From NCBI GenBank assembly GCA_965649765.1, contig OZ287748.1:86490001-86554000 (forward strand): a stretch of 64,000 bases of DNA, written 5' to 3'. A program made the translations under genes and the position numbers. Below the pieces are notes generated by a model. The model worked only from the letters and a program-made list of their open reading frames with translations. It was not told the origin of the DNA and did not search any database. Shown piece after piece: positions 51,879-63,133 of this stretch (the first letter of the stretch is position 1; each line of letters begins with the position of its first letter). Source of the stretch: Bispira polyomma. Lineage: Eukaryota.

Positions 51879-54800
51879 GTGACCGGGTCAATGACAAAGG
51901 ACGACCAAATTCAAGTGCATCTGATGATGGTGATTCCAATATTGTGGACAAGCTGCTGGGAGATATTCGCAGTGGATTCACAAAAGGGAAATTCAGTGAC
52001 GGTGGAGAGTTTCAAATTACAAAGGTGCAGAAAGTCACACTGGACAATGGTGTACCCAATGGCGTCACTCCAAGCACTCCAAGCAGTGCTGAGGCTCAGG
52101 CTGACAACACGGCTGAAGAGACAACGGAGTTTACAAGGAATACTCCACAAAGAGGCAGTGGTAAAAAGGTGTCCATGATATCAAGTAGACTAAGAGCCAT
52201 CGAAGAATCTAAAAGTCAGATGGATACCACCACGTCAGATGACATACTAAACAGGAAGAGTGGAGAAACAAAAGATGACCTATTCGACTATTTGCTGCAG
52301 TCCGGCGATGACTCCGAAAAGCATTTGTTCGAAAGACAGGGTAGTTTAAGGCGCAGGCGCCGAAATCGTAATAGTAATGTGGATATCAAGACGGACAGAG
52401 AGAGAGCCAGCTCTCCAAGCATCACGGAGGTCGCAGATACCCGCACTACCCAGACAAGGAGTCCACAGTCACATAGCCCAGTTTTGGAATCCCCTCTAGT
52501 CACAGGTGAACTGCACAAATCTAAGCCCGATGAAGAGACACCAGAGTTGAAGAGATGGTCCAGTTCTAGTTCTGAGACCCACAGTGACAGAGCAGAAGAG
52601 ACAGTCACAGATTTAAAACAACGCCGGCTGGAAAGGCGCAGACGTAGTAATTTGGATAAAAGTGAGTTAGTTAAAATTATGAGCCAAAAGGAAGAAAGAG
52701 ACAGAAGATTGCCAGTACGTCATGTTGTAACGCCCGAACTTATTCCCGAGGAAGGCAGAGACAGAAGATTGCCAGTACGTCATGTTGTAACGCCCGAACC
52801 TCTTCCCGAGGAAGACAGTGACAGAAGATTGCCAGTACGTCATGTTGTAACGCCAGAACCTGTTCCTGAGGAAGACAGTGACAGAAAAGTGCCAGTACGT
52901 CATGTTGTAACGCCAGAACCTGTTCCTGTAGTAGACAATGGTACCCTTGATAAAATTGATATCAGTGATAAAAAGTCACGACAGTATCTTATTGATAGAG
53001 CAAGGTCACGTTTTACATCCCAGAATCAAGGAGAATCAAGCTTTGTAGCTCCCAATACGGATATTGTGGTTCCAGAGACAACTCTTAATAGAATTCGATC
53101 TTATCAAAGATCTCAGAGTGCTATTGAGTCTTCCAGGATTGATCGATTTCATGAAACAAACAATAATGAACCTTTAAAAGATATAAGTGACAAATATCGT
53201 CACAGGAATACAGATGTAGATGAGGCTATTGAGCATGTTCAGAAAACAGGAAGGGAAATGGAAAGCATGTTGGATATGGACCCAGAACATAGTGAACTTT
53301 CTAAGACAAAGTCTGCACTTTCAAAGTACAGGTACCTCTTAAACCCAGATGGACAGAGGACAAAGAAAAGTAATACATTTCATCCAAGTGATAGGGAATC
53401 CATCACCGAGCGTGCTTGGATAAAACACGTGAAGGACACAGAACGACAGCGTAGCAACGTAGATAAAGCTGATGTTGATGAGGCTTTTAGAAGTCTTAAA
53501 GAAGGGACACAGAACAGACCGTACAGTACTTATGATAATCTGATGAACTTAAATCCCAATTTATCTAACATAAATAGTGGTGGAGATGTAAGCTCGCATT
53601 CATCCTCGAATGCGAGTATCAGTACAAATGACAGTACTGATACCCTGATCTGTTCCGAGCCTCCACTGGCAACAACCATGACCCCGCGCTATACACGTAT
53701 AACTGGGCTACACTCGAGTGAAATTGCTGAAAAGAAATCTCCTCTGAAAAGATCTGCCACCTTACCTAGACGCTATGGGTCCAATTACTCTCCACAACGA
53801 CAAGAACGGGGTGTTATACAAGAAGAGGAAGGCAAAGCTACACTGCTTTCTCATAGGATATTGAGTAATAAAGAGGGGAGGGGAGAACAGTCCAGGGAAC
53901 CAGCTTCAAATGTGACAAGTAACCTAGAATCAAGACAGTTAGACAACAACGTACATGAATTCCAGTCGAGAATACCTGCAAATGAGAAAGCCAGAATGCA
54001 GAGTAAGTTTAAAGCTCTGTCACAACGGTATGCATCGGAGGACGACACCATGTGGAAACCTGCACGCGAGACAGATTCTGATGTTCAAAGGAATGACAAC
54101 AAAGAGAGGCCACTTAATATTGATGTGGGTCATCACCATAGTTCTATTTCATCCCAAATCACATCGCCACGTAGCCTACGGTCGAGTGAAGATATCAAAG
54201 GCGATGCTGATTCGGTGGCAAGCTCTAAGGATGAGGGCTTTGAATCAGAATGTGTATCTGATCCTAATGTATCTCAGCGAACCTCCATGAGCAGTACTTT
54301 GGAACAAGAGTTACATAAATCAGAAGAAGAGCATTCAGGAGATAAACTGTTCGCCAGAAGCTTTGACAGCCTTGTGAAAAATGACTTTGTAACGACAGAT
54401 ATAAATATAGAAGATTCTTCATCAACAGCGGTAACTGGTGACAAAACACCTACATCTGTTGGGAGTCGAAGTTTAGGAGTTTGGCACAGTGGAGAGGACC
54501 GATATAACAGAACAGTTACTAATACCCCAGATAATGATTTGAACAAGAGTCTTGGCCAAGACACAGTCGCAGATTTACCACCAACACCACCTGAAAGAAC
54601 AACATCAAAAAATATACAAGCAAATCAAAACAACTCCAAGACCTCCAGACTGTCATCCAAAACATCCAGTCCATCCAAAACCAGTGTGTTTTCTAGGCTT
54701 ACAAAAAATGGCACTGAGAGTCGAACACCAACTTCCACACGCCGATCCAGTAATGCTAGTTCTGGAAGTAGTACACCCAAAGGAACAAGAAGATCTGCAC

Positions 54801-55552
54801 CACTTAAGGATACAGCCAGTGCAGTAACAGCTCGCCTAACCGCTTCAAGACCAAGAAAACCATCTGGAACATTAGTAAGGCATCCATCCAACTCAAGCCT
54901 TGCCAGTGAAACTTCTACATCTGGTATAGTAACAAAAACAAGGTCGCCAATTAGATCACCGAGAGCCATGGCTAGCAAGTCACCAGCAATGGCAAGGTCA
55001 CCAAAAAGCAACTCAAAGGGAAATTCAAATGATGATCTAGCTGGAAGCGCCAGCCCGAGTACATTTGTTCGAGGAATAGGAGTGCGTGCAACTATGCCTG
55101 CTTCTGTTTTGAGAAATAATAAGAAATTAGCATCAGATAATAATAAAGCATCTGATGTGCCAACGCCTCCAAAGCGAACCACGTCTATTAGATCCACCAC
55201 TGATAGGCTGGCCAAGCCATCTTCACCTTCCCATTCTTTAAAAGCTACAATTGAAGAAAGAAAAGAACCTTCTCCAGGTACCCCAGGTAGAACCAGAAAG
55301 AATATCACAAAGCCTGCTCCTGCAAGACCTGCAAACCATGTGAATACTATACCCGCCAAACAGAATGGCCATGCAGAAACTGTTTATATTAATGCTACAG
55401 TTCCTAAAATAGATGATAAGAAGACCAACGTCTTCCAGAGACTGATGGCTAAACCAAGCAGGAAGAGCCTCACCCCTAAGTTTGAACCCACAGTTACAGA
55501 TAAAAAGGGTCGTGTGGGACTCAAAACAACAAAAGAGAGTTCAAACTGTTGA
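51879..55552 (+). CDS. INF2: Formin terminal coding exon L (3674 nt): WH2/DAD-like motif plus ~1200-aa disordered S/T/R/K/P-rich tail
   Basis: Acceptor ttttatag at 51878, phase 1 matches exon K; open frame to TGA at 55550-55552; IVDKLLGDIRSGF resembles the INF2 DAD/WH2 (DALLADIRKGF). Confidence 0.92.
52688..52928 (+). repeat. Coding minisatellite, 4 x 60 bp (20 aa: EEDSDRRLPVRHVVTPEPVP)
   Basis: Near-identical consecutive 60-nt units visible in the sequence and translation. Confidence 0.97.
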
Positions 55553-55795
55553 TTCAATTGCTTTGTTCAGAACATTCTTTACTGGTGTAATTTCCACAGC
55601 TATCACCAGAAATAACTGTTAAATGTAGAGACAATAATGCAATGTACCCTCAGTCAAAGCTTCACGGTATTTTATCCATGAGAACTCGATGCTGTAAGCC
55701 ACAAAGAAAAGTGTATAATTCTACAAACTGACCTGAATAATTAAAATAGGCATGTACATGTATATCTATTCCTGACATGAAGGCTTGTGGCCTGG

Positions 55796-56100
55796 ACATA
55801 AAGGCGTATGGTAAAAGAGTAGGTCTAATGTGACACAGAGATATATTGCTATCAACCAGAACTTGTGTTATGCCTTGGACTATGGGTGTATGGCTGACTG
55901 GTAGAAGCAGGAAGTCAAGAGCTAATACTTACCTGGAACTTGATGCTTGGTCTGTGCATAAAGGCCTTTGTGGAGAAGGTCTAATGTGACAAAGACAAGA
56001 GCTCTATTGACCAGAAGTTATGTCGAGTCTTGGGTTATGGGTGTGGCTTAAGCTGGCAGACGCAGGAAGTCAAGAGGTTAAACTGACCCGGAACTGAAGC
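55796..56100 (+). repeat. Diverged ~160-bp tandem dimer in the putative 3' UTR
   Basis: cataaaggc...aggtctaatgtgac...accagaa...tatgggtgt...gcaggaagtcaagag...ggaact occurs twice. Confidence 0.75.
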
Positions 56101-56539
56101 AGGCAGGGTCTGAAGATCAGTCAAGGGAATTCGGCAAACACAAATTGATACTGTGTTGACCAAGTAATGGGAATAACAGACAAGTGGGATAAAGGACAGT
56201 GAAGCAAGTCCCAGTACTTTTTGTACCCAAACTGTAGAGAAACTGGCTGACAACTAGTGATGGGGGGAGACTTTTCACTGAAGTGTGTTTATAAACAGTG
56301 ACATATGCTTATAATGGGGTTGGTAGATTGTTGAGTGTGGTTAACACTCTTCACCAAACGGTACTATATGGTAAAATATGCAGATTTTTATAATGTATAT
56401 GTTAAGTATGTGTATATATTATATATATATATATGTAGATCATGATGTTAATGTTATATTTGTCAATCTGTGCAATACTCATTAATTTATTGATGTACGA
56501 TAAATATCTTCTAACGTAAAAGCAACATTTCGACTGTTA

Positions 56540-56807
56540 TGCCTTGGTCCCACCGGATGCACGTTAGGTTAGGTACGTCACGCATGGCCTTGTAAATTAT
56601 TTGATGCAAAACGTCATGCAAAACTTGTGCATCTCTTGCGTGTCCAAATTTCAAACGGTTTAAAATTACAAATTTCTTGCAGCTCAACTCTCACGCCAGG
56701 TTATGTATGCTTATGTATATTACGTCAGCTCCCGCAAATACCACGCAAAACCTACGCAAAATAATTTTCAAACGACTCCTAACGGGACGGCCGGTGAGAC
56801 CAGGGTA
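56540..56807. mobile_element. PIF/Harbinger-type MITE, 268 bp
   Basis: Imperfect TIRs tgccttggtcccaccgg / ccggtgagaccagggta; TTA duplicated at 56537-39 and 56808-10. Confidence 0.75.
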
Positions 56808-57044
56808 TTAGCCAGTGTTCTTTTTTTCAGTGTGTGTGTGTGGGGGGGGGGGGGGGGGGGGGGGATCTCAGTGATTTAGTGTGAATATTTATGTGTACAT
56901 ATACTTGTATTTGTATAGTCATGACTAGGCACTACTTTCTGGGGCCTGTGGTGTTTGAAAATAAAATTTGGGGTAAACATAGTATTTTGTTAGTAAAAAA
57001 TCTGTAAAGTCATTGTACAAAATGTATCACATCTAGTTCGTTAG

Positions 57045-57403
57045 TAGACTGAGTTTTCTGTCCTCGCCAATGCTTTGATTAAGTGACGGTATATGCATGG
57101 CAAGGGACATAGTGGTTTACTATAGCAAATCATTGTAAATTATGTGTAACGACACCTATAATAGAAAAACTATCATCATTCCAAATAACAGTACACAATA
57201 GTATAACTTATGACCAACCTAAAAGTACTTGATCACTTAAATATCATTATTTCAAAATGTTGCTGTATATTTTCCGGTGAAGATAGCAAAATAAACTGCT
57301 GTGTCAGATTTATAATGACTTGCTATAGTAAACAACTCTGTCCCACGTTATGCGCACCATCAGTAAAAATCAAAGCATAGTCCAGGACAGAAAACTCAGT
57401 CTA
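57045..57403. mobile_element. Non-autonomous DNA transposon with ~100-bp TIRs (TAG...CTA termini) and imperfect 9-bp TSD
   Basis: tagactgagttttctgtcct...gtttactatagcaa mirrored at the right end; flanks gttcgttag / tttcgatag (7/9). Confidence 0.85.
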
Positions 57404-57927
57404 TTTCGATAGTAGTTCAGAAATGACTTCACATGATGATAATCATGTGATCAGACAGGAAATCTAGAAACACATCAGTTCGTACGAATGCTTTCTTAAA
57501 ATGACGTCATTATGTATATTCTCTTGACAAATATAAAACAGTAGATATGAGTAGGACCTTCATTAGTCCTTGATATGGTGCTTGTACATAAATAACATAA
57601 ATAATACATATTACAGCAATATAAATGCCTCAAGTTATCACTGAAAACAAGACTACTCACACGTCAAATGTATATTGTAACTGTTATTAATTAATATTCT
57701 TCATGTCAATGTTGTGCAGTACTTGCATTCTTCACACGGTGCTAATGTTTTATCTTTTGTGTTTTTATTGCTGTAATAATGTGCTTCTGAATTTAAAAGA
57801 CTGCACTGATCTATGCAATGTGTATATGGTTTAATAGAACAGATTGAAAATACTGGAATCATGGGTGTAAATTAGGATTTCAGTTATTATTCTGGCACAT
57901 TATACTTTTTATAATTTGAATATTCTA

Positions 57928-57933
57928 AATAAA
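57928..57933 (+). terminator. Candidate polyadenylation signal for the formin gene
   Basis: AATAAA followed by T-rich sequence; other candidates exist (e.g. ~56960, ~59972), so the assignment is uncertain. Confidence 0.3.
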
Positions 57934-58549
57934 GTTTTTCTTTTGATCCCAAGAGAAAACCAAAGCTGGAAACTGAAGCAAAATTTTTTTCGGCAATAGT
58001 GTACAAACAGTTTGAGTCACTAAAACACACACCACATAATACATCTGGCATTCATGTATAATTACTTTTAAACAGTGGATTCTGTTTTTTTTTACGAGGA
58101 ACTGAAGAAAAATAATATTTTTTGCCGACAGACATAGGTTCTGGCAGTATAAAATGCCGTTGTCTAGGGGTCAAAAGACAAAGTTCATCATATTGTAAAT
58201 CCGGAATTCGTCATTTTTAGAATTTCTTTTATTTATCGCATTCATTACATTGAAAATTTAGGAAAATATGCTGTCATAATATTTATGTTTTCACTTACAA
58301 TAATTGATTTTAGTAAAATTTTATTTATTGCTGTTTATGAAAGGAAAATATATAGATTGGTTATTGATGATTTGTTAAGAATATACAGACAAATTGTGAA
58401 AGATGTACATATATGTATGCACTAAAATCCATTGGCATTTTTGTTCACAACTTTAACATACTCTTATACATCCGCTAGTTAAAACTGGATTAATCCAGTA
58501 AATATTGAAAGTGTTACAGTTCATTACATTGTGCCTTGTAAGACAAGTA

Positions 58550-58733
58550 CAGTCTAACCTCTATTATCTGACCATATAAGGAGAGTATATTGTTTCGATA
58601 ATAGAAGGTTTTATATAATAGAAAAGACATGGTAGTGTAAAATCATTGAAAAACTTAAATTTGGGGAGAGTGAAAATCAGTTTATAAATTAAATATTCGG
58701 ATAATGGAATTTTGGATATTAGAGGTTCTACTG
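58550..58733. mobile_element. pogo/Tigger-type MITE, TA TSD
   Basis: ta|cagtctaacctctattatc ... gatattagaggttctactg|ta. Confidence 0.8.
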
Positions 58734-58978
58734 TACCACACTTATCAGACCATTATATAAGTCTATTGGATAAGTGAATTGGTTAGCAAGATCTGAGATT
58801 TACTAGTAAAGGAAAGCCAGGTTGTAATATTCTTGTAATATTCAAAGCTTCATTAATCCACTCATGACAACATGAAGAAACCCTTATTTCTGATGATAGA
58901 AAGCTCGCATTTAACTCTTTCTATAAATTTTCAATGTAATCTAGTTTATATTATTATATAAATATATAACTCTAACTG

Positions 58979-59173
58979 NNNNNNNNNNNNNNNNNNNNNN
59001 NNNNNNNNNNNNNNNNNNNNNNNNNNNNNNNNNNNNNNNNNNNNNNNNNNNNNNNNNNNNNNNNNNNNNNNNNNNNNNNNNNNNNNNNNNNNNNNNNNNN
59101 NNNNNNNNNNNNNNNNNNNNNNNNNNNNNNNNNNNNNNNNNNNNNNNNNNNNNNNNNNNNNNNNNNNNNNNNN
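58979..59173. other. Assembly gap (195 N)
   Basis: Run of N. Confidence 1.
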
Positions 59174-59329
59174 TATTACAAATGGATCATCTCCTTCCCA
59201 TGTATAATGACTTTTGTATATCCTTAATTAAGTGCCCTTGGGGCATTATCTAACTTGGTGCATTCGTACTCCCTGGACATCAATAAAGAGAAAGTACCAT
59301 AATACTTACAGTTGTAATTCCATAGTTAA

Positions 59330-59619
59330 AGGGCTTTGCTAAGCGGTGTAACAGAAAATTCTCCCTAGTATTTATACTGAAGTCAAAGACAAAATTCCAA
59401 TGATTTTTAATCATTCATATAAAAATGTGAAAGATTCATTATGAGCTAAAATTTGGGCAGCGTAGAAAAAAGCTCCATCCAAGATAGTCTGATCATATCT
59501 TACATTTTTATTTGGATCGTATTTCACTGGGTAGTCGGTTAGCAAGGCCCTAATATGGTCCGAAAAGAAATTGGTTAACAATTTATATATTTAACACTAA
59601 TTTTGTCTGCAAAGCCCAT
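59330..59619. mobile_element. Possible TTAA-flanked (Kolobok-like) MITE
   Basis: ttaa|agggctttgc ... gcaaagcccat|ttaa; short TIR only. Confidence 0.45.
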
Positions 59620-61042
59620 TTAACCAATCATATGGTGTTTCTTTTTGCCTTAGGAAGCTTTTGTGCATGCAGCTAGTATGTAAGCATGGAGGTGATTGGT
59701 CAGATGATATAGGGCAAGTGCTGTGGTTACAGTGTGGTGGCTTTATGGCTTTTATTGTCAAGGCCCATCTTATCAGTATTATGTTATCCCAGGTGAGGCT
59801 GGGGGAGGTGAGTTTTTATTGCAGAGCGTTGATTACCACACACATGGTCTTGTCAGAATGACGTCATATATTAGCAAAAATGCAAATTCTCTACTATATT
59901 ATCACTCATATATACCCCCTTCATACTTTTTAACTTTATGTATTTTATATTTTTATAGATATTTACATTAAATAAAGGTTTAAAAAAGATTGTTTGGTGT
60001 TGTTGATTGTCTTTTGTTTGATAACTTTATATTTATAGCCCTTGCAATCTCTTGCAAGTAAGTAAGATATTTAAATGGAAATGCATGAGACTGTTTCTGA
60101 ATGTATAAAAAAAGTAATTATTTAATTAAATAGCAAATGTTGATTACAAAGCATATAATGTATGTGTTTAAAAGATAAAAAAATCAAACCTAGTAAATTT
60201 TAGTTGTTATGACAACAGGGTAGACACTTGGGACAGCTTTAACAATTCTGCCTGTCGGATAGGAAGTTACTAAAAATCTGTTACAACTTTTATATCTTTC
60301 GTATCTATTGAGTATTCTTCGGTCCTTTTTATTATCACCCTTGATACTTGTCCACTTTTCCAGTTGGTACAGTTATTTCACAGCTCTGGGTATTCATTGT
60401 CTATATGTTGATCATGCCCAGATGTATTTGAATTTGGCCATCAGTGTTCAATGAGTCCTGTCTGAAGTGTCAACTGTTTTTGATGCAGTATATGACATGA
60501 ATGGGTAATAATGTCCCAAAAACAAGAAACAACTTTTTCACCAAAACCCTAGTTCCCATTAGTTTCTGAAGACAAAGTTGCTATGCAGCAATTTTTTACG
60601 GTTATTATTGATTGTAACGAGGATATAAATTTCAGAAGCAAGATTGTCTTATGATCAACACACCCGAGAAAGTTGGTAACGATACCCACAATAGTTTTGG
60701 TGTGTGGGGTGAGTGCTACCAATGAATGTTTCTAGGGTCGTTCCTAGGAGTAGATTAGATCATTGGTATTAGTAGGTCAAGTTCCAAACAAAAAACCCAC
60801 GTCTTTTGATAAACCTGCTAAATAGGATGCACATCTGTTTATAGCCCATTTTCTGGTTTAGTACTACCTCGTAGATTGCGTGTCAATTAAGTGCTCAGCT
60901 GACAATTCCAAATAACTGGTCAGACTATATCTTGGGAATCCACAACTAGTGACTAGTCAAACAACTTTCATATTTGGTGTACGGATGTTTTGAAGGATTT
61001 TAGTGTTCTGTCTCATGGATTCTGATCAGTTTAATCTTGGGA

Positions 61043-61098
61043 TTATAACCTTGACCTGGGGTTATAACCTTGACCTGGGGTTATAACCTTAACCTGGG
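61043..61098 (+). repeat. Minisatellite, 3 x 19 bp (TTATAACCTTGACCTGGGG)
   Basis: Directly visible; junctions form the GGTTATAACC palindrome. Confidence 0.9.
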
Positions 61099-61243
61099 AA
61101 TATTATCAATTTTTGACTATATGGGAGATCAGCTTACTAAAGAAATACTAGGTACAAATTATCCCTGACTTTTGGCCCTAGCGCTTAAAGTAAAATTCCC
61201 CACCACTATATATCTAATGTAGCATTAATACTATCACGTTCTG

Positions 61244-61692
61244 TGGCGTATTTATACCCCGCCAGTTTACTCCCGAATATAAGAACTTGGCTGATGGGGA
61301 GAGAATCTGGGAAAATGTTCATTTGCCAATCATTCACAAGATCATGCCCAGGATATGCCCCAATTGAGCCCAGTTTATGATCAGGATATGCCCAGCTTTT
61401 TAACCAGACTTCACCAGTTTATGCCCAGACCAGATCTAAGGCATTCATCGCACGTTCATGCAAGTTTGCTTCAGAATACACCTAATTACACCAGTCCTGT
61501 CCAGATCACACACTTTCTAAGCTGTTTAAGCCCTGATCACACTCCTCGTCTTCAGTTATTTCAAGATGTCCTTTTAGAGCCGACCACGCTCCCGTTCTTG
61601 CCGATCTCTCCAGTTTATGCCCAGATGTTATACATTTACTCCAGTTTACACAAGTTTTTGATATCGGGAGTAAAGAGCTCTAGAGAACGCCA
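61244..61692. mobile_element. MITE-like element with internal ATGCCCAG/CCAGTTTA subrepeats
   Basis: tttactcccgaatataagaacttg (61266) inverted at caagtttttgatatcgggagtaaa (to 61674); outer tggcgt / acgcca. Confidence 0.6.
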
Positions 61693-63133
61693 AGGTGTGA
61701 ACACCACATAAGCTATTGTTGATAAAAAGAACGTTTCTTTTTGTAGAAATATGGTTTGTTTTGTTGGAAGTGCATGTTATGATAGGACCTTGTTCAGTTT
61801 GAATTTAAACTTTTGATCATAAATATATTGCTCAGAGTAAATTAATTTCACGAACTTCTAGCCATATTTGGTAAATAATCCACAATTCTAGATTATAAAA
61901 TGCCATGGACTGTTTAGGTTTGACCTTTGGTATTTATCTCAAACCCTTCATGTTCTTTATCTTAAGCATGACATATTTATTGCAATATATTCACGGCTAA
62001 CTATGACTTGTTTGAATACAATAAATACCCACGGTCTCACATTAAGTTAGAAAGGAAAAATACCTCTATGACTTTAATATTTTCAATCTTACTTGGTCAA
62101 AATTTTACAAAACCACTAAAAAGCTTTTTAATCTTGCCACTAGGTGGAGATAGGATCTATGTTATTAAGTGGTCATTTATACCTGCCTGTGCCTTGTAGT
62201 CCCCAGTCTGGGATTAAACCTAGGCCCTGTACATTTGTAGGTCAACTTCAGTAACCTTGACCATACGAGCTGTGACACACACACTTTACTAGTCTTCTCA
62301 TGCACACAGGGACAGAGGGTGAATATAAGGTGGAACTTCTGATATATTTTTTCCTATTGTTTCATACAAAAATTATTCTATTTTATGAATCTTCTATTAT
62401 ATAAAAAAAAAATCATCCTGCTCTACCTAAAATGTTAAGATGATCAAGTGGGTGTATATTTTCTTGTTTTTGAATCTGTTTGGTCTCAACGGCTATTTGG
62501 GAACCTCTGGTTGGTTGGGTGTTAAATAAATTAAGTAATTTTACTAAAGATATTAAGTGATTGGATTGTACAAAAAACAATCTTTCCATAAGTCAGATTT
62601 TACGTCAGATACTGTAAACACATATTTTTGAAACTAGGGCTAAGGATCTATGTTAAAGACAAGTATAGAACACAAAGATCAATAAATTTTCAGGGTTTTT
62701 ATTAATTGGGTTATGTTTGGTCACTATTCAAATACTATTCAAATACATTTTCTCAATAGTGCTAACAACTTTAATATATGCTTATGGTGAGAAATATGAT
62801 TAATTTCTTTGCAAATATTTGTAATACAGCATTACAGACACGCAAGCTGTATTGCAAGAAACTTGTGATGTAAATCACTGTAACAGAACTAAAGCCTCAC
62901 AGTGGTGCAATACCCTTCAACATAGACAATGTTTAAGTTTTTGTCAGTTAAATAGTATAATGATGTAGATCTCTACAATAAGTTACAATAACCTGATCAT
63001 TTAAAGTTTTAAAAACAAAAATTTGCTAAAACCATTATGGTGATAAATAACCTTAACAACTCAGTATTTATAAATAAAAAACCAAAAAAAAATAACAAAT
63101 TAGCAGCAGTCAATAAATAAATACAAGAAACTG

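Larger units (their letters stand above)
3890..55552 (+). other. INF2: INF2-like inverted formin gene, 5'-partial, 12 coding exons in window (~1998 aa)
   Basis: Spliced exons join in frame with canonical AG/GT sites. Translation shows INF2-like DID motifs (VKKQILDLLSALCVYS; RIRIRNEFIG), poly-Pro FH1, FH2 (KLQWNKI; LLDSKKSLNVNIFLRQF; LAGNYLN; AAGFKLGSLLKL) and DAD/WH2-like IVDKLLGDIRSGF. The gene symbol reflects family recognition; INF2 versus FHDC1 orthology needs a tree. Confidence 0.92.

Noticed and set aside
54625-55359. 244-aa minus-strand ORF and other ORFs overlapping the last exon
   Set aside because: Antisense or alternative-frame by-products of the long low-complexity coding exon; no independent gene signals.
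55520-55552. C-terminal Cys as a CAAX prenylation signal
   Set aside because: The protein ends ESSNC; Cys is terminal rather than fourth from the end, and I found no convincing alternative CAAX exon.
61355-61711. 118-aa ORF
   Set aside because: Lies in a subrepeat-rich MITE-like element; no transposase similarity visible.
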